64,000 nucleotides of DNA from a bacterium (GTDB lineage: Bacteria; UBA8248): the NCBI GenBank assembly GCA_965213625.1, contig CBDBZU010000004.1:3776001-3840000 (forward strand), given 5' to 3'. Within the stretch, counting starts at the first letter, position 1. Every line of letters starts with the position of its first letter. Both the position numbers and the translations under genes were made by a program. Below, piece by piece: positions 27,401 to 36,770 of the stretch. The notes below the pieces were generated by a model, which worked only from the letters and a program-made list of their open reading frames with translations, had not been told where the DNA came from and did not search any database.

Positions 27401-29035
27401 ATGGATATCGACATGCTAGCAGATGCGCTATTGTCCGTCGGCGTGATGATCGTCGTCGCCAAACTGGCCGAGGGAATCTTCAGGCGCTTTCGTCTCAACT
27501 CGATCATCGCCTACACGTTGACCGGCATTCTTCTCGGACCCGTTCTGGGATTCGTCGATCTCAGCGACCACATTTACGTCTTGCTGGGCCTCGGCATCTT
27601 TCTCTATTTCTTCCTGATCGGTTTGGACGAAATCGACGTGTCGGGGTTCATGGCGGCCATTCGCGGCCGGTTTTTCGTGGCTGCGCTCATCTCGGTCATC
27701 ATCCCCCTCCTGGCCTCCCTGGTCATCACCCTGGACTTGTTCCACGATTTCGGGCTGGGGCTCGACTTCGACGGCTCACTGGCAATCGCGGGCGTCTTGT
27801 CCCTGACCAGCCTGGGGGTTCTCGCCAAGGTGCTGATCGATTCCGATCAGTTGCGGCAGCCCGTCGGGATCGAGATGTTTACGACCGCGCTCATCGCCGA
27901 GTTGCTGGTGCTGCTGCTCGTGGGATTCACCATCGGTGATTTCACGCACACCCTGAACTGGAAGGGGGTGCTCATCCTGTTGGGGCAGATCGCGGGCTTC
28001 ATCGTGGTGACCTGGGTGCTGGCGGGCCAGGTCATTCCGCGGCTGATCGAAGCGCTGGAGCGCATGCTGCGCGTCCCCCAGCTTTCATTCGGCCTGATCC
28101 TGGGCATCCTGCTCATCGTGGTCGTGTGCTCCGAAAAATTCGGCCTGCATGGCACTCTGGGAGCGTTAGTCCTCGGCGTCGCCTTCTCGAGGCTGCCGCA
28201 TCAGGTGCAGCGGGACATCATCCCGAGCCTGAGGAGCATCGCCGACGGTTTTTTCGTGCCGCTTTTTTTCTCCTCGGCCGGGCTGCACGTGGACCTTTCG
28301 TTCATCGAGCTACCTGTTCTGACCATTGCGGCCCTGATGGTTGCGCCCCTGATAGCGAAGTTCGCCGGGGCGTCTTTGGGCGCGCTCGTAGTGCGGCTCG
28401 ATGCGCCTTTCACCATCGCAACCGGGCTGATGGCCAAAGGCGTCGCCGAAATCGCCATCCTGCTGGTGCTACACGAACATGACGTCATCGGGCGGCCCGT
28501 ATTCTCCCTTCTCGTGCTCATCATGCTGGTCTACATCCTTTTCGCGCCGCCGCTCATCAGCTTCGCGGTAAACCGCGCCAAACCTCACGGACGCTTCAGG
28601 CCACCACAATCCCTGCCGCCCACCCTGGTCCGTTACGCCCTGGACGATGTCACAGTCGGCGACGTCATCGACCGGGAGCACGTATATCCCGGGCCGGAAC
28701 TCTCGGTGCGCGAGTTCGCCGATGAGTGGATCGCGCCCCACCAGCACGACTACGTGGTGGCGAAGGAAGAAGAGCTGGTCGGCGTCGTCTCGCTTACGAT
28801 GCTCAGCTATCTGCCCAAACACTCGTGGTTCGAGACCCCGCTCAGCAATATGGCGCGTGGAAACACGCCGAACACGTTTCCGGATGAACACGTCGAAGAC
28901 GCCCTGCAACGGATGATGGAGTACTCACAGACGGTGATTCCGGTCCTGGAGCGGGGGTCACGCAAGTTCGTGGGCGCGATTTCCAGCCAGGAGATTCTCG
29001 AACTCATGACCGCCGAAGCCAGGGGCGGGTATTAG
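27401..29035 (+). CDS. Cation:proton antiporter (CPA2/Kef-type) with C-terminal CBS pair
   Basis: About 12 TM segments, GILLGP, FFVPLFF, AKFAGA; soluble C-terminal CBS-like region. Confidence 0.88.
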   Translation: MDIDMLADALLSVGVMIVVAKLAEGIFRRFRLNSIIAYTLTGILLGPVLGFVDLSDHIYVLLGLGIFLYFFLIGLDEIDVSGFMAAIRGRFFVAALISVIIPLLASLVITLDLFHDFGLGLDFDGSLAIAGVLSLTSLGVLAKVLIDSDQLRQPVGIEMFTTALIAELLVLLLVGFTIGDFTHTLNWKGVLILLGQIAGFIVVTWVLAGQVIPRLIEALERMLRVPQLSFGLILGILLIVVVCSEKFGLHGTLGALVLGVAFSRLPHQVQRDIIPSLRSIADGFFVPLFFSSAGLHVDLSFIELPVLTIAALMVAPLIAKFAGASLGALVVRLDAPFTIATGLMAKGVAEIAILLVLHEHDVIGRPVFSLLVLIMLVYILFAPPLISFAVNRAKPHGRFRPPQSLPPTLVRYALDDVTVGDVIDREHVYPGPELSVREFADEWIAPHQHDYVVAKEEELVGVVSLTMLSYLPKHSWFETPLSNMARGNTPNTFPDEHVEDALQRMMEYSQTVIPVLERGSRKFVGAISSQEILELMTAEARGGY

Positions 29036-29041
29036 GTCGAG

Positions 29042-30760
29042 TCAATTCAAAGACTGGAGGCTCATTCTTTCGGGAACGACATCGCTCTTTACGCGGACGT
29101 CCACAACCGCCGGCAGCGTGCTTTCGAGGGCTTCCGACAAGGCGCCTTCGAGGTCGCCGCTGCGCTCGACGCGGACACCTGCGCAACCGAATGCGCGGGC
29201 AATGGACGCGAAATCGAGTTCGGAAAACTCCGTCGAGATGAAGCGGGACTCGTAAAGTGAGCGCTGATTCTCCCTGATGTACTGGAGGTTCGAGTTATTC
29301 ATGATGCAAACGGTGATATCGGCGCCGCTTCTAAGCGCAGTCTCCAACTCCTGGATAACCATCGCGAACCCGCCGTCGCCGCATAAAGCGACTACTCTTT
29401 GGCCTGGGTTCGCCAGAGAATGCGCGATAGCAGCAGGCAGCGAGAATCCCATTACGCCGAAACCGCGCGGACCCATATAGCTTCGCCCCGGTTTTCTGAC
29501 TTCGAAATATTGCCCGCCCCAGATTTGGTTGAAACCGGAATCGCAGACAAGAACGTCTTCCGCACTCATCGTATTGCGCAGCGCGCGAATCACCTGAAGC
29601 GGGTGGACGGGCGATGTCTCATCGTCCCGGGCGACAGCGGAGTCGACCCCGCTCTCCTGCCGCCATCGCGACGTGAGCGCCGAAACTTCTTCGCGCCACG
29701 AATCATTCGTGGCGATGGCGCCTTTGGACCTGATGATTTCCAGCATGGACCGTAGAACGGCTTTTACATCTCCGGGCAAGGCTAAATCTACGAAATAGTT
29801 GCGGCCGATCTGGGTCGGTTCGATATCGATCTGAACAATCCGCGTCTTCTTGTCCGGAATTCGCCACGCCGCCGTGTCGACATTGGTGAACCGTGTCCCC
29901 AGAGCCAAGGCGAAATCGGCGCCCAGCACATACTCATTCGTTGCCGGTCGGCCTATCAAGCCGAAGGGACCAATGCACAAGGGGTGGTTCTCCGCCAACG
30001 CGCCCTTTCCCATGAACGTGGTGGCGACGGGGATTCCCAGCAACTCAGCGAGTTCCTTTACTTCTTCCGACGCATTCGACGCGACCGCCCCGCCTCCGGC
30101 CAAAATTATCGGATGCTTTGCAGCCAGCAACGAATCGGCGGCGGCGGAAATATCTTCTTCTGGCGGCGTCAGCCGGTTCGCCGGAAATCGGCCATAACGC
30201 TCATCCACTTCCAATTCTGACGGGCTGAACTCGCGCCGACCCTTGAGGGCGTCCAGGGGAAAGTTCAGAAGCACGGGTCCGGGCCTGCCCGTCGTGGCGA
30301 TTTGAAAGGCGCGCGCCATGAATTCCGGGATACGCGCGACATGGTCCACGGAGAAGATTTTTTTCGTGATGGGCCTGAAGACACCGACCTGATCGATCTC
30401 CTGGAAGGAATCCCGTCCGCGCCAATCGGTTCGGATGTCCGATATCATGGCGATGACGGGGATGCCGGAGGTGAAGGCTTCCGAGATGCCGCTGACCAGG
30501 TTGGTGGCGCCCGGCCCGACCGCGGCGTCACAAACCCCGACCTTGCCGGTCGCTCTCGCGTAAGCGTCCGCCATATGAGCCGCCGCCTGTTCGTGCCGCA
30601 CCAACACATGACGGATGTCGGAGCGATGATAGATGGCATCATAGATATGCGTTTGATCGCCGGGCAAACCGAACATCATATCGACGCCGAACCTGCTCAG
30701 CATCTCGACCACGGCTGCGCCGCCGGTCATCATTTGATCACCTGCACTTGGAGTCTGCAT
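29042..30760 (-). CDS. Thiamine pyrophosphate-binding protein (acetolactate synthase large subunit-like)
   Basis: RHEQAAAHMADAYAR, GPGATN, FQEIDQ, GRPGPV, GDGGFAM...NN. Confidence 0.9.
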   Translation of the reverse strand: MQTPSAGDQMMTGGAAVVEMLSRFGVDMMFGLPGDQTHIYDAIYHRSDIRHVLVRHEQAAAHMADAYARATGKVGVCDAAVGPGATNLVSGISEAFTSGIPVIAMISDIRTDWRGRDSFQEIDQVGVFRPITKKIFSVDHVARIPEFMARAFQIATTGRPGPVLLNFPLDALKGRREFSPSELEVDERYGRFPANRLTPPEEDISAAADSLLAAKHPIILAGGGAVASNASEEVKELAELLGIPVATTFMGKGALAENHPLCIGPFGLIGRPATNEYVLGADFALALGTRFTNVDTAAWRIPDKKTRIVQIDIEPTQIGRNYFVDLALPGDVKAVLRSMLEIIRSKGAIATNDSWREEVSALTSRWRQESGVDSAVARDDETSPVHPLQVIRALRNTMSAEDVLVCDSGFNQIWGGQYFEVRKPGRSYMGPRGFGVMGFSLPAAIAHSLANPGQRVVALCGDGGFAMVIQELETALRSGADITVCIMNNSNLQYIRENQRSLYESRFISTEFSELDFASIARAFGCAGVRVERSGDLEGALSEALESTLPAVVDVRVKSDVVPERMSLQSLN

Positions 30761-30767
30761 CTTCTTC

Positions 30768-32261
30768 TCAAGGAACGTGGATGGCGTTGGGCAGGAGCTC
30801 GTTCTCCAGATACTCTTTCGCATCTGCGTGGGTGAGAAAGTTCGGCGGCGGGAACTCGGCGGCCATGTCCCAATCATCGCCGGTCGCTTCCATATGGGCG
30901 GCGATGCGGGCGTCGAACTCATCCATCAGTGATGTGCGGTCCGGGTCGTCCACGAGGTTATTCTGCTCGTGGTAATCCGAGCGCTCATCATAGAGCATCA
31001 CCCGGCGATCCTTATGTCGCACATAGAGCCAATCCTTCGTACGAATGCCTCGCTGCGCGTAAGGCGCATACTCGCCCTTCTGGCCATCGGTTTGATGGAA
31101 GACCTGGTACATGATCGCATCACGCGCCTCTGAAGCATCGCCGTCAAGGACGGAAAGGTAGCTTTGGCCGTGCATTTCTTCGGGCGGGGCCGCGCCGCAA
31201 AGGTCGAGAAGCGTCGGCATCATATCGACACCCACGTCGACCATGGCTTCGGACTTCTGAGGTGCGAAGCGGGCGGGGTAACGGACGATCAAAGGAACGT
31301 GCATGGACGCGCGATAGGCCTGGCACTTGATACCGCATAAGAAACCGTGCTGGCCGAACATGTCGCCGTGATCGCTCAGGAAAACAACCATCGTATCATC
31401 CGCGATCCCGAGACTGTCGAGCTGGTTCAGGATCCTTCCGAGGTTCCAGTCGATATTATGGATCATGCCGTAATACTCGGCGATGAACTGTCGTATCTCG
31501 GCCTCGGTTTCCGGTTCACCCGGGGGCTTGGTGTCGTAGGCAGCGTGGCTGTGATGCAGCGACCGGGGGTCGCCGCCGCAATAGACCTCTTTTCGAAACT
31601 GCTGGAACGATCGCTGCAATTCCGGATTCGGAACGCCGGGAGGGAGTGGAACTTCATCCGGGCGATAGACGTGGCGCAGATACTCGGGCATATCCATCGG
31701 GAAATGTGGCGGACCGTAGCTTACATAGCCGAAGAAGGGCTTGCCGTCCCCGGCGAGCGCAGCGCTCTCGATAAACTCCATGAACTGATCCGTCTGGTAA
31801 TCCGGCTCATAGCGCTCCGAGTGATAGGCTTGGCCGTCATCGTCGAAATAAATCGATGAGAGGTAATCGTGTCCCCGATTGAACCCGACGAAGTGCTCAA
31901 AACCAAATCGTCGGTCCGGCGGCACGAAACCCGGCTTCGGTCCACCCTCGAGATGCCACTTCCCGACGTAGCCCGTCCGATAACCCGCATCTCTCAGACA
32001 TTCCGCCAAAAACGTCTGATCGCCCCTGAGCGGGGTGTGGTTCTGCACCATGCCATGCCCTTGCGCATATTTACCGGTCAGCATCGACGCGCGGAATGGA
32101 CAACAGACCGGGTAGGAGGCGTAGGCCTCGGTAAATTGCACGCCCTCGCGGGCCAACCTGTCGATGTGGGGCGTCCTGATTACGGGATTGCCCGCGCAAC
32201 TCATGGCGTCGTAGCGCATCTGATCGGGGTAGATGATTAGAATATTCGGTCGTTTATTCAT
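30768..32261 (-). CDS. Cys-type (formylglycine-dependent) sulfatase
   Basis: PNILIIYPDQ, CCPFRASMLTG (CxPxR), GKWHL, PPH, SDHG; ATGA-coupled to tctA. Confidence 0.93.
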   Translation of the reverse strand: MNKRPNILIIYPDQMRYDAMSCAGNPVIRTPHIDRLAREGVQFTEAYASYPVCCPFRASMLTGKYAQGHGMVQNHTPLRGDQTFLAECLRDAGYRTGYVGKWHLEGGPKPGFVPPDRRFGFEHFVGFNRGHDYLSSIYFDDDGQAYHSERYEPDYQTDQFMEFIESAALAGDGKPFFGYVSYGPPHFPMDMPEYLRHVYRPDEVPLPPGVPNPELQRSFQQFRKEVYCGGDPRSLHHSHAAYDTKPPGEPETEAEIRQFIAEYYGMIHNIDWNLGRILNQLDSLGIADDTMVVFLSDHGDMFGQHGFLCGIKCQAYRASMHVPLIVRYPARFAPQKSEAMVDVGVDMMPTLLDLCGAAPPEEMHGQSYLSVLDGDASEARDAIMYQVFHQTDGQKGEYAPYAQRGIRTKDWLYVRHKDRRVMLYDERSDYHEQNNLVDDPDRTSLMDEFDARIAAHMEATGDDWDMAAEFPPPNFLTHADAKEYLENELLPNAIHVP

Positions 32262-33769
32262 ACGTCTTCGATTCTCCCAGCTTTGCGGCCCTTGAGCCAC
32301 TCGGTCACAGTACCCCAGAGTATCGTCAGCGCAAGGGCGGCATAGATGGACAAGCCGATGGGCGTGTTGAAGAATTCTGCGGCGCTGCCGTCAGCGATGG
32401 TCAAAGATTGCCGGAGTGAGTTTTCAAGTATCGGTCCCAACACGAAACCGATAGATAGCGGTGCGATGGAGTAGCCGAGTTTTCGAACGACGTAGCCCAA
32501 TATGCCGGCGGCGATCAGAACGCCGACATTGAACAAGCTGTTCGAAACGGAATATATCCCCACGAAAGACAGCAGCATGACCGTGGGCACGATCACCGCC
32601 GTCGGCACCATGATCAATCGCGCCGCGAAGCGGATTGCCACAAGCCCGATGAACATCATCAGGATGTTAATCAGAAAAAGGCCGATGAAGATCGAATACA
32701 TCAAATCGGGCCGTTCCGAGAAAAGCCTCGGCCCCGGCGCAAGCCCCTGAATGAGGAACGCGCCCAGCAACACCGCCGCGGCAGGACTGCCCGGAACGCC
32801 CAGCGTTAACGTCGGCACGAGCGCGCCGCCGACTGTCGCGTTGTTCGCAGTCTCAGGCGCGACGACCCCTTCCGGAATACCGGTTCCGAATTTCTCCGGC
32901 TCTTCTGAACGTCTCTTCGCCTCGGAATAGGCGAAGAACGCGCCGACCGCCGCGCCCTCACCCGGGATGATGCCGATCACCGTGCCGATGATGGACGAGC
33001 GAAAGATAAGTTCCTTCATTTTCCCTAGTGTTTTCCACCCGGGCAGCTTGGCCGTCAGGCTCGCCTGGCTGAATTCGATTTTCTGAAGCGCCCGCTCGGC
33101 GCCGATCAGCACTTCGGACATGGCGAAAATCCCTACAAGAAACGGAACAAGCGGCAAACCGTCATAAAGGTGGTAGCTGCCGAACGTGTAGCGCTCGGTG
33201 CCGTTCAGCTCATCGAGCCCCCAGGTCGTCAGGAAAATCCCCAATCCCCCGGCCAGAAGACCCTTGGCCAAACTTTGACCCGCCACACGCACCACGACCA
33301 CGAGTCCGAATACACTGATGGCGAGGTACTCGCGCGGGCCGAACTTGATCGCCAGTTTGGCGAGCATCGGCGAAATAAATGCGAGGCATACGACGCTGAC
33401 GAGTCCACCGATGATGGACCCGGTGAGCGACAGGCCCAGGGCCTCGCCGCCGCGCCCGGCCTTGAACATCTTGTGGCCGTCCTCGACGGTGGCGATAGCG
33501 GCTCCAGTACCCGGGATTCCGACGGCGATGGCGGAGATCGAACCGCCGTAGACCGCCGCGGAGTAGATGCCCAACAGCAGGATGAGCGAAGGAACGGGGT
33601 CGAGGTAGAAAGTAAACGGCAACGCCAACGCGATGGCGATCGGAGGGCCGAGACCCGGCAAGATGCCGATAATCAAACCGAGAACGATGCCACAGATCAA
33701 CAAAACGCCGCTGATCGGTTGCGCGAGTTGCGAGAGCGCAAGGATTAGAGCGTCAAGGTTCGCGTACAT
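32258..33769 (-). CDS. tctA: Tripartite tricarboxylate transporter permease TctA
   Basis: GILPGLG, YGGSISAI..GIPG, GIIPGEG, APETANNA, PTLTLGVPGS. Confidence 0.93.
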   Translation of the reverse strand: MYANLDALILALSQLAQPISGVLLICGIVLGLIIGILPGLGPPIAIALALPFTFYLDPVPSLILLLGIYSAAVYGGSISAIAVGIPGTGAAIATVEDGHKMFKAGRGGEALGLSLTGSIIGGLVSVVCLAFISPMLAKLAIKFGPREYLAISVFGLVVVVRVAGQSLAKGLLAGGLGIFLTTWGLDELNGTERYTFGSYHLYDGLPLVPFLVGIFAMSEVLIGAERALQKIEFSQASLTAKLPGWKTLGKMKELIFRSSIIGTVIGIIPGEGAAVGAFFAYSEAKRRSEEPEKFGTGIPEGVVAPETANNATVGGALVPTLTLGVPGSPAAAVLLGAFLIQGLAPGPRLFSERPDLMYSIFIGLFLINILMMFIGLVAIRFAARLIMVPTAVIVPTVMLLSFVGIYSVSNSLFNVGVLIAAGILGYVVRKLGYSIAPLSIGFVLGPILENSLRQSLTIADGSAAEFFNTPIGLSIYAALALTILWGTVTEWLKGRKAGRIEDV

Positions 33770-33778
33770 CCCGGTTCC

Positions 33779-34240
33779 TCAGGAAAATTGAACGCCGAGG
33801 AGCCGGCTGAAGACGGCGTAGATGATCCCGGTCAGTACGAGCACCGTGACGTAAATCCGGATGGAGCGCACGCCCATGGCCAGCAGGCTCAATGGTCCCA
33901 TAAGAACCGCCATGGGCAGGAAGCCGGCCCACGACCACACGAGGTAGCAGAAAACCGCGACTACCAGCATCAGGAGGCCGCGCCGCGCATCGCCCGCGCT
34001 CCCGAACACTGTCCGCTCCGCATCGCCGCCCGCAAAACCATGCAGCGCATACCGTGCGCCCACGACAATCGCGCAAAACGCCGTAAAGCCCAGCATGAGC
34101 TGCGGAAAGAATTTTGAGGGTAAACCCGAACTCGCGAGCAATCCGGTCGCCTTGAACCCTTGCGCAAGCGCGCCGAAATAGGCGCAGGCGATGACCACGA
34201 TGAATGAAAAAACGATGTTCGCCGCACGTTGTGTCAGCAT
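33779..34240 (-). CDS. tctB: Tripartite tricarboxylate transporter TctB
   Basis: Small 4-TM protein with P..FP motif between tctC and tctA. Confidence 0.85.
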   Translation of the reverse strand: MLTQRAANIVFSFIVVIACAYFGALAQGFKATGLLASSGLPSKFFPQLMLGFTAFCAIVVGARYALHGFAGGDAERTVFGSAGDARRGLLMLVVAVFCYLVWSWAGFLPMAVLMGPLSLLAMGVRSIRIYVTVLVLTGIIYAVFSRLLGVQFS

Positions 34241-34267
34241 GTTCGATGTCTTCTAGGAGGTGACGAG

Positions 34268-34299
34268 TGGCGCCGCGCAGGCCTTCCTACGCGGCGCCA
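34268..34299 (-). terminator. Intercistronic stem-loop after tctC
   Basis: TGGCGCCGCG...CGCGGCGCCA 10-bp stem; no U-tract, probably stabilises the binding-protein mRNA. Confidence 0.5.
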
Positions 34300-34315
34300 T
34301 GAGGCCATATGGCTT

Positions 34316-35287
34316 TTATTTGCGCAGCATACCGAGGCCTTTGAGGATCGGCGAATAGAGAGCGATGCCGCCTTTTATGCTCTTCTTCACCGCTTCGGTG
34401 CCGTGAATCCACTGTAAGGTGATACTCTTCGGAACCCTGGCGGCGAATTTTTTGTTGTTGTACGCCTTGTCCGTAGCCGCAAGGAGCTTGTCGACGATCG
34501 CTTTCGGAGTGCCCGCTTTCACCGCAAGACCTCCTTTGATCCAGACACCGGCTTTCTTGCCTGGAAAGGCCTCGCCAACGGTGGGTATCCCGGGCAGATC
34601 TTTCGCAAAGAAGCCTTTGCGGTTGTTGTCGAGGATGACCAGCGGGCGAATTTCATTCTTGTACGCATTGATGGAGGCGATCTGGCCCACGGCCGCATCC
34701 ACCTGACCACCAATCAGGCCCACCAAGGATTTAGGTACGGTTCTGAGCACCACCGTTTTGAATTTCAGCCCGAATTCGCTGGCGAGTTGCACCGCGCTCA
34801 GGTTGGGCGGCGCGCCGATATTGTTCACGCCGATGGCCAGCTTCTTGGCCCTGGCGCCTTTGATAAAATCTTTAAAGTTTTTGTACGGGCTGTCCTTGCG
34901 GACATAAAGCACGGTCGAGGTCCCGACGTCGGCCAGCAGCGGTATGAAATCCTCCAGCGGCTTGTAGGGGACCTTGCGGGTCAGCGGCACGAGCAGGAAG
35001 CTCGGCGGCGACCACCTGAATAACGTGTAGCCATCGGCCGGAGCTTTCAAGACGGTCATCGCAGCCGGAATATGCGCGCCGCCGGGCTTGTTCACGACTT
35101 TGACCGGCACGCCGAGAACGTTGCCGAGCGCCTCGGCATTCAGCCGGGCCAGGATATCGGCGTTGCCGCCCGCCGCGAAGGGGACGACGAGCGTGATCGG
35201 CTTGTCCGGATATGCGGCAAGCGCGGAACCTGAACCGAGGAAGATTACAGCCAGGAATGCGATGGCAATCGTTTTCCAGATTTTCAT
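34316..35287 (-). CDS. tctC: Tripartite tricarboxylate transporter substrate-binding protein TctC (Bug family)
   Basis: Signal peptide, YPDKPITLVVPFAAGG..D, VVNKPGG, APADGYTL. Confidence 0.92.
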   Translation of the reverse strand: MKIWKTIAIAFLAVIFLGSGSALAAYPDKPITLVVPFAAGGNADILARLNAEALGNVLGVPVKVVNKPGGAHIPAAMTVLKAPADGYTLFRWSPPSFLLVPLTRKVPYKPLEDFIPLLADVGTSTVLYVRKDSPYKNFKDFIKGARAKKLAIGVNNIGAPPNLSAVQLASEFGLKFKTVVLRTVPKSLVGLIGGQVDAAVGQIASINAYKNEIRPLVILDNNRKGFFAKDLPGIPTVGEAFPGKKAGVWIKGGLAVKAGTPKAIVDKLLAATDKAYNNKKFAARVPKSITLQWIHGTEAVKKSIKGGIALYSPILKGLGMLRK

Positions 35288-35581
35288 GGAGAGTTCTCCC
35301 TTCATGGAAGCGAAACATTGCGGATATTATATTTCCAGATGTTTGGACGTTAGCCGGGGGCGCATAGTTCGTCAACCCACGATTCAAGTCGATTGGGCGG
35401 CGACATCGATCTCCGGAATCGACTCCAACAAGCGAATGAATTACATTTGTCGTGATACGAACGAAATGAGGCGATAATCCAGAACCACAGAAAACCTTTC
35501 TGGCCGGTGCTCTTTGCACTGAATGCGGTTGTGAACAGCGCTTAACAAGGGTTGTCTCGTAGAGTTTGGAGAGCCAATAGC

Positions 35582-36523
35582 TTGAGTGGTGCACCAAAGA
35601 ATTGTTGTGGCCCTTCGAGATCGAACGAACCGCTCGGTAAGACGGCGACTGTGACCGAGGGCAAGACACGAGAATACGCTCCGTGCGGCGTGGAGATACC
35701 CGGCGGGGAGTCGTTTCTTGGCACGGATTCACCGCAAATTGCAGGTGACGGCGAGGGTCCGTTGCGGACGGGTCGAGTGAAGTCCTTCCGTATCGGCGCC
35801 ACGGCCGTGACCAATGGAGAGTTCGCCAGGTTCGTGGAAGAGACTGGTTACGTGACCGAGGCCGAGCGGTTCGGATGGTCGTTCGTCTTCTGGTCCGACG
35901 TGCCGGACAGCGTGGGGGCGACCGAAACCGTTCCCGGTTTCGAGTGGTGGCGCAAGGTAGAAGGCGCGAACTGGCGAAACGTGAACGGGCAAGACTCGGA
36001 GGATGCGGCTTGTAAACCGGAGCATCCGGTCGTGCAGGTTTCATGGAACGACGCAGCCGCTTACGCGCGGTGGGCCGGCGGGCGGCTGCCGAGCGAAGCG
36101 CAGTGGGAGCACGCCGCCCGGGGCGGACTGGACGACGCGCCGTTTCCCTGGGGCGACGAAGAGCCGGATGATACCAGCCGATTCCCCTGCAACATATGGC
36201 AAGGCCAGTTTCCGAATCGAAACACCTGCGCCGACGGTTACGCGGCGACTGCGCCGGCGGAGTCGTTCGAGCCCAACGGTTATGGGCTCTACAATATGGT
36301 GGGTAATGTCTGGGAGTGGACGGCGGATACCTATCGCGTGAAGTCGCGGAGCAAGAATGTGCGGCGGCGGCTGAACGCGATGCGGGGGTTCAAGCTCCTG
36401 AAAGGCGGCTCTTTCCTCTGTCATCGAAGCTACTGCTACAGATACCGGATTGCCGCCCGAACGGGCAACTCGCCCGACAGCACGACGACGCACCAGGGCT
36501 TTCGCGTCGTCTGGGATGCGTGA
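35582..36523 (+). CDS. Formylglycine-generating enzyme (SUMF1/FGE, sulfatase maturation)
   Basis: VTNGEF, HPVVQVSWNDA, RLPSEAQWE.AARGG, GLYNMVGNVWEW, KGGSFLCHRSYCYRYR with both catalytic Cys; start codon uncertain. Confidence 0.92.
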   Translation: MSGAPKNCCGPSRSNEPLGKTATVTEGKTREYAPCGVEIPGGESFLGTDSPQIAGDGEGPLRTGRVKSFRIGATAVTNGEFARFVEETGYVTEAERFGWSFVFWSDVPDSVGATETVPGFEWWRKVEGANWRNVNGQDSEDAACKPEHPVVQVSWNDAAAYARWAGGRLPSEAQWEHAARGGLDDAPFPWGDEEPDDTSRFPCNIWQGQFPNRNTCADGYAATAPAESFEPNGYGLYNMVGNVWEWTADTYRVKSRSKNVRRRLNAMRGFKLLKGGSFLCHRSYCYRYRIAARTGNSPDSTTTHQGFRVVWDA

Positions 36524-36770
36524 TGTCCGCCCGGATTGCGTAAAGGCGCACTGGGTAATCTAAGCATCTGGTGTTGGGGGGGACAGCGCGGAGCGCTTTT
36601 GCCGCATAACAGCCAGGAGATACTGGAGTTCATCACGGCCGAGGCGCGCGGTGGGCATTAGGCGGCCTGCGGCGACGGCGAGCGGCATGACTCCCTGAAG
36701 AACAGTCCCTCCCACTCGGGGCTGTTGAAAAAGCCTTTGTCACGGTAGCAACCCCCCAACCCCCCTTGTC

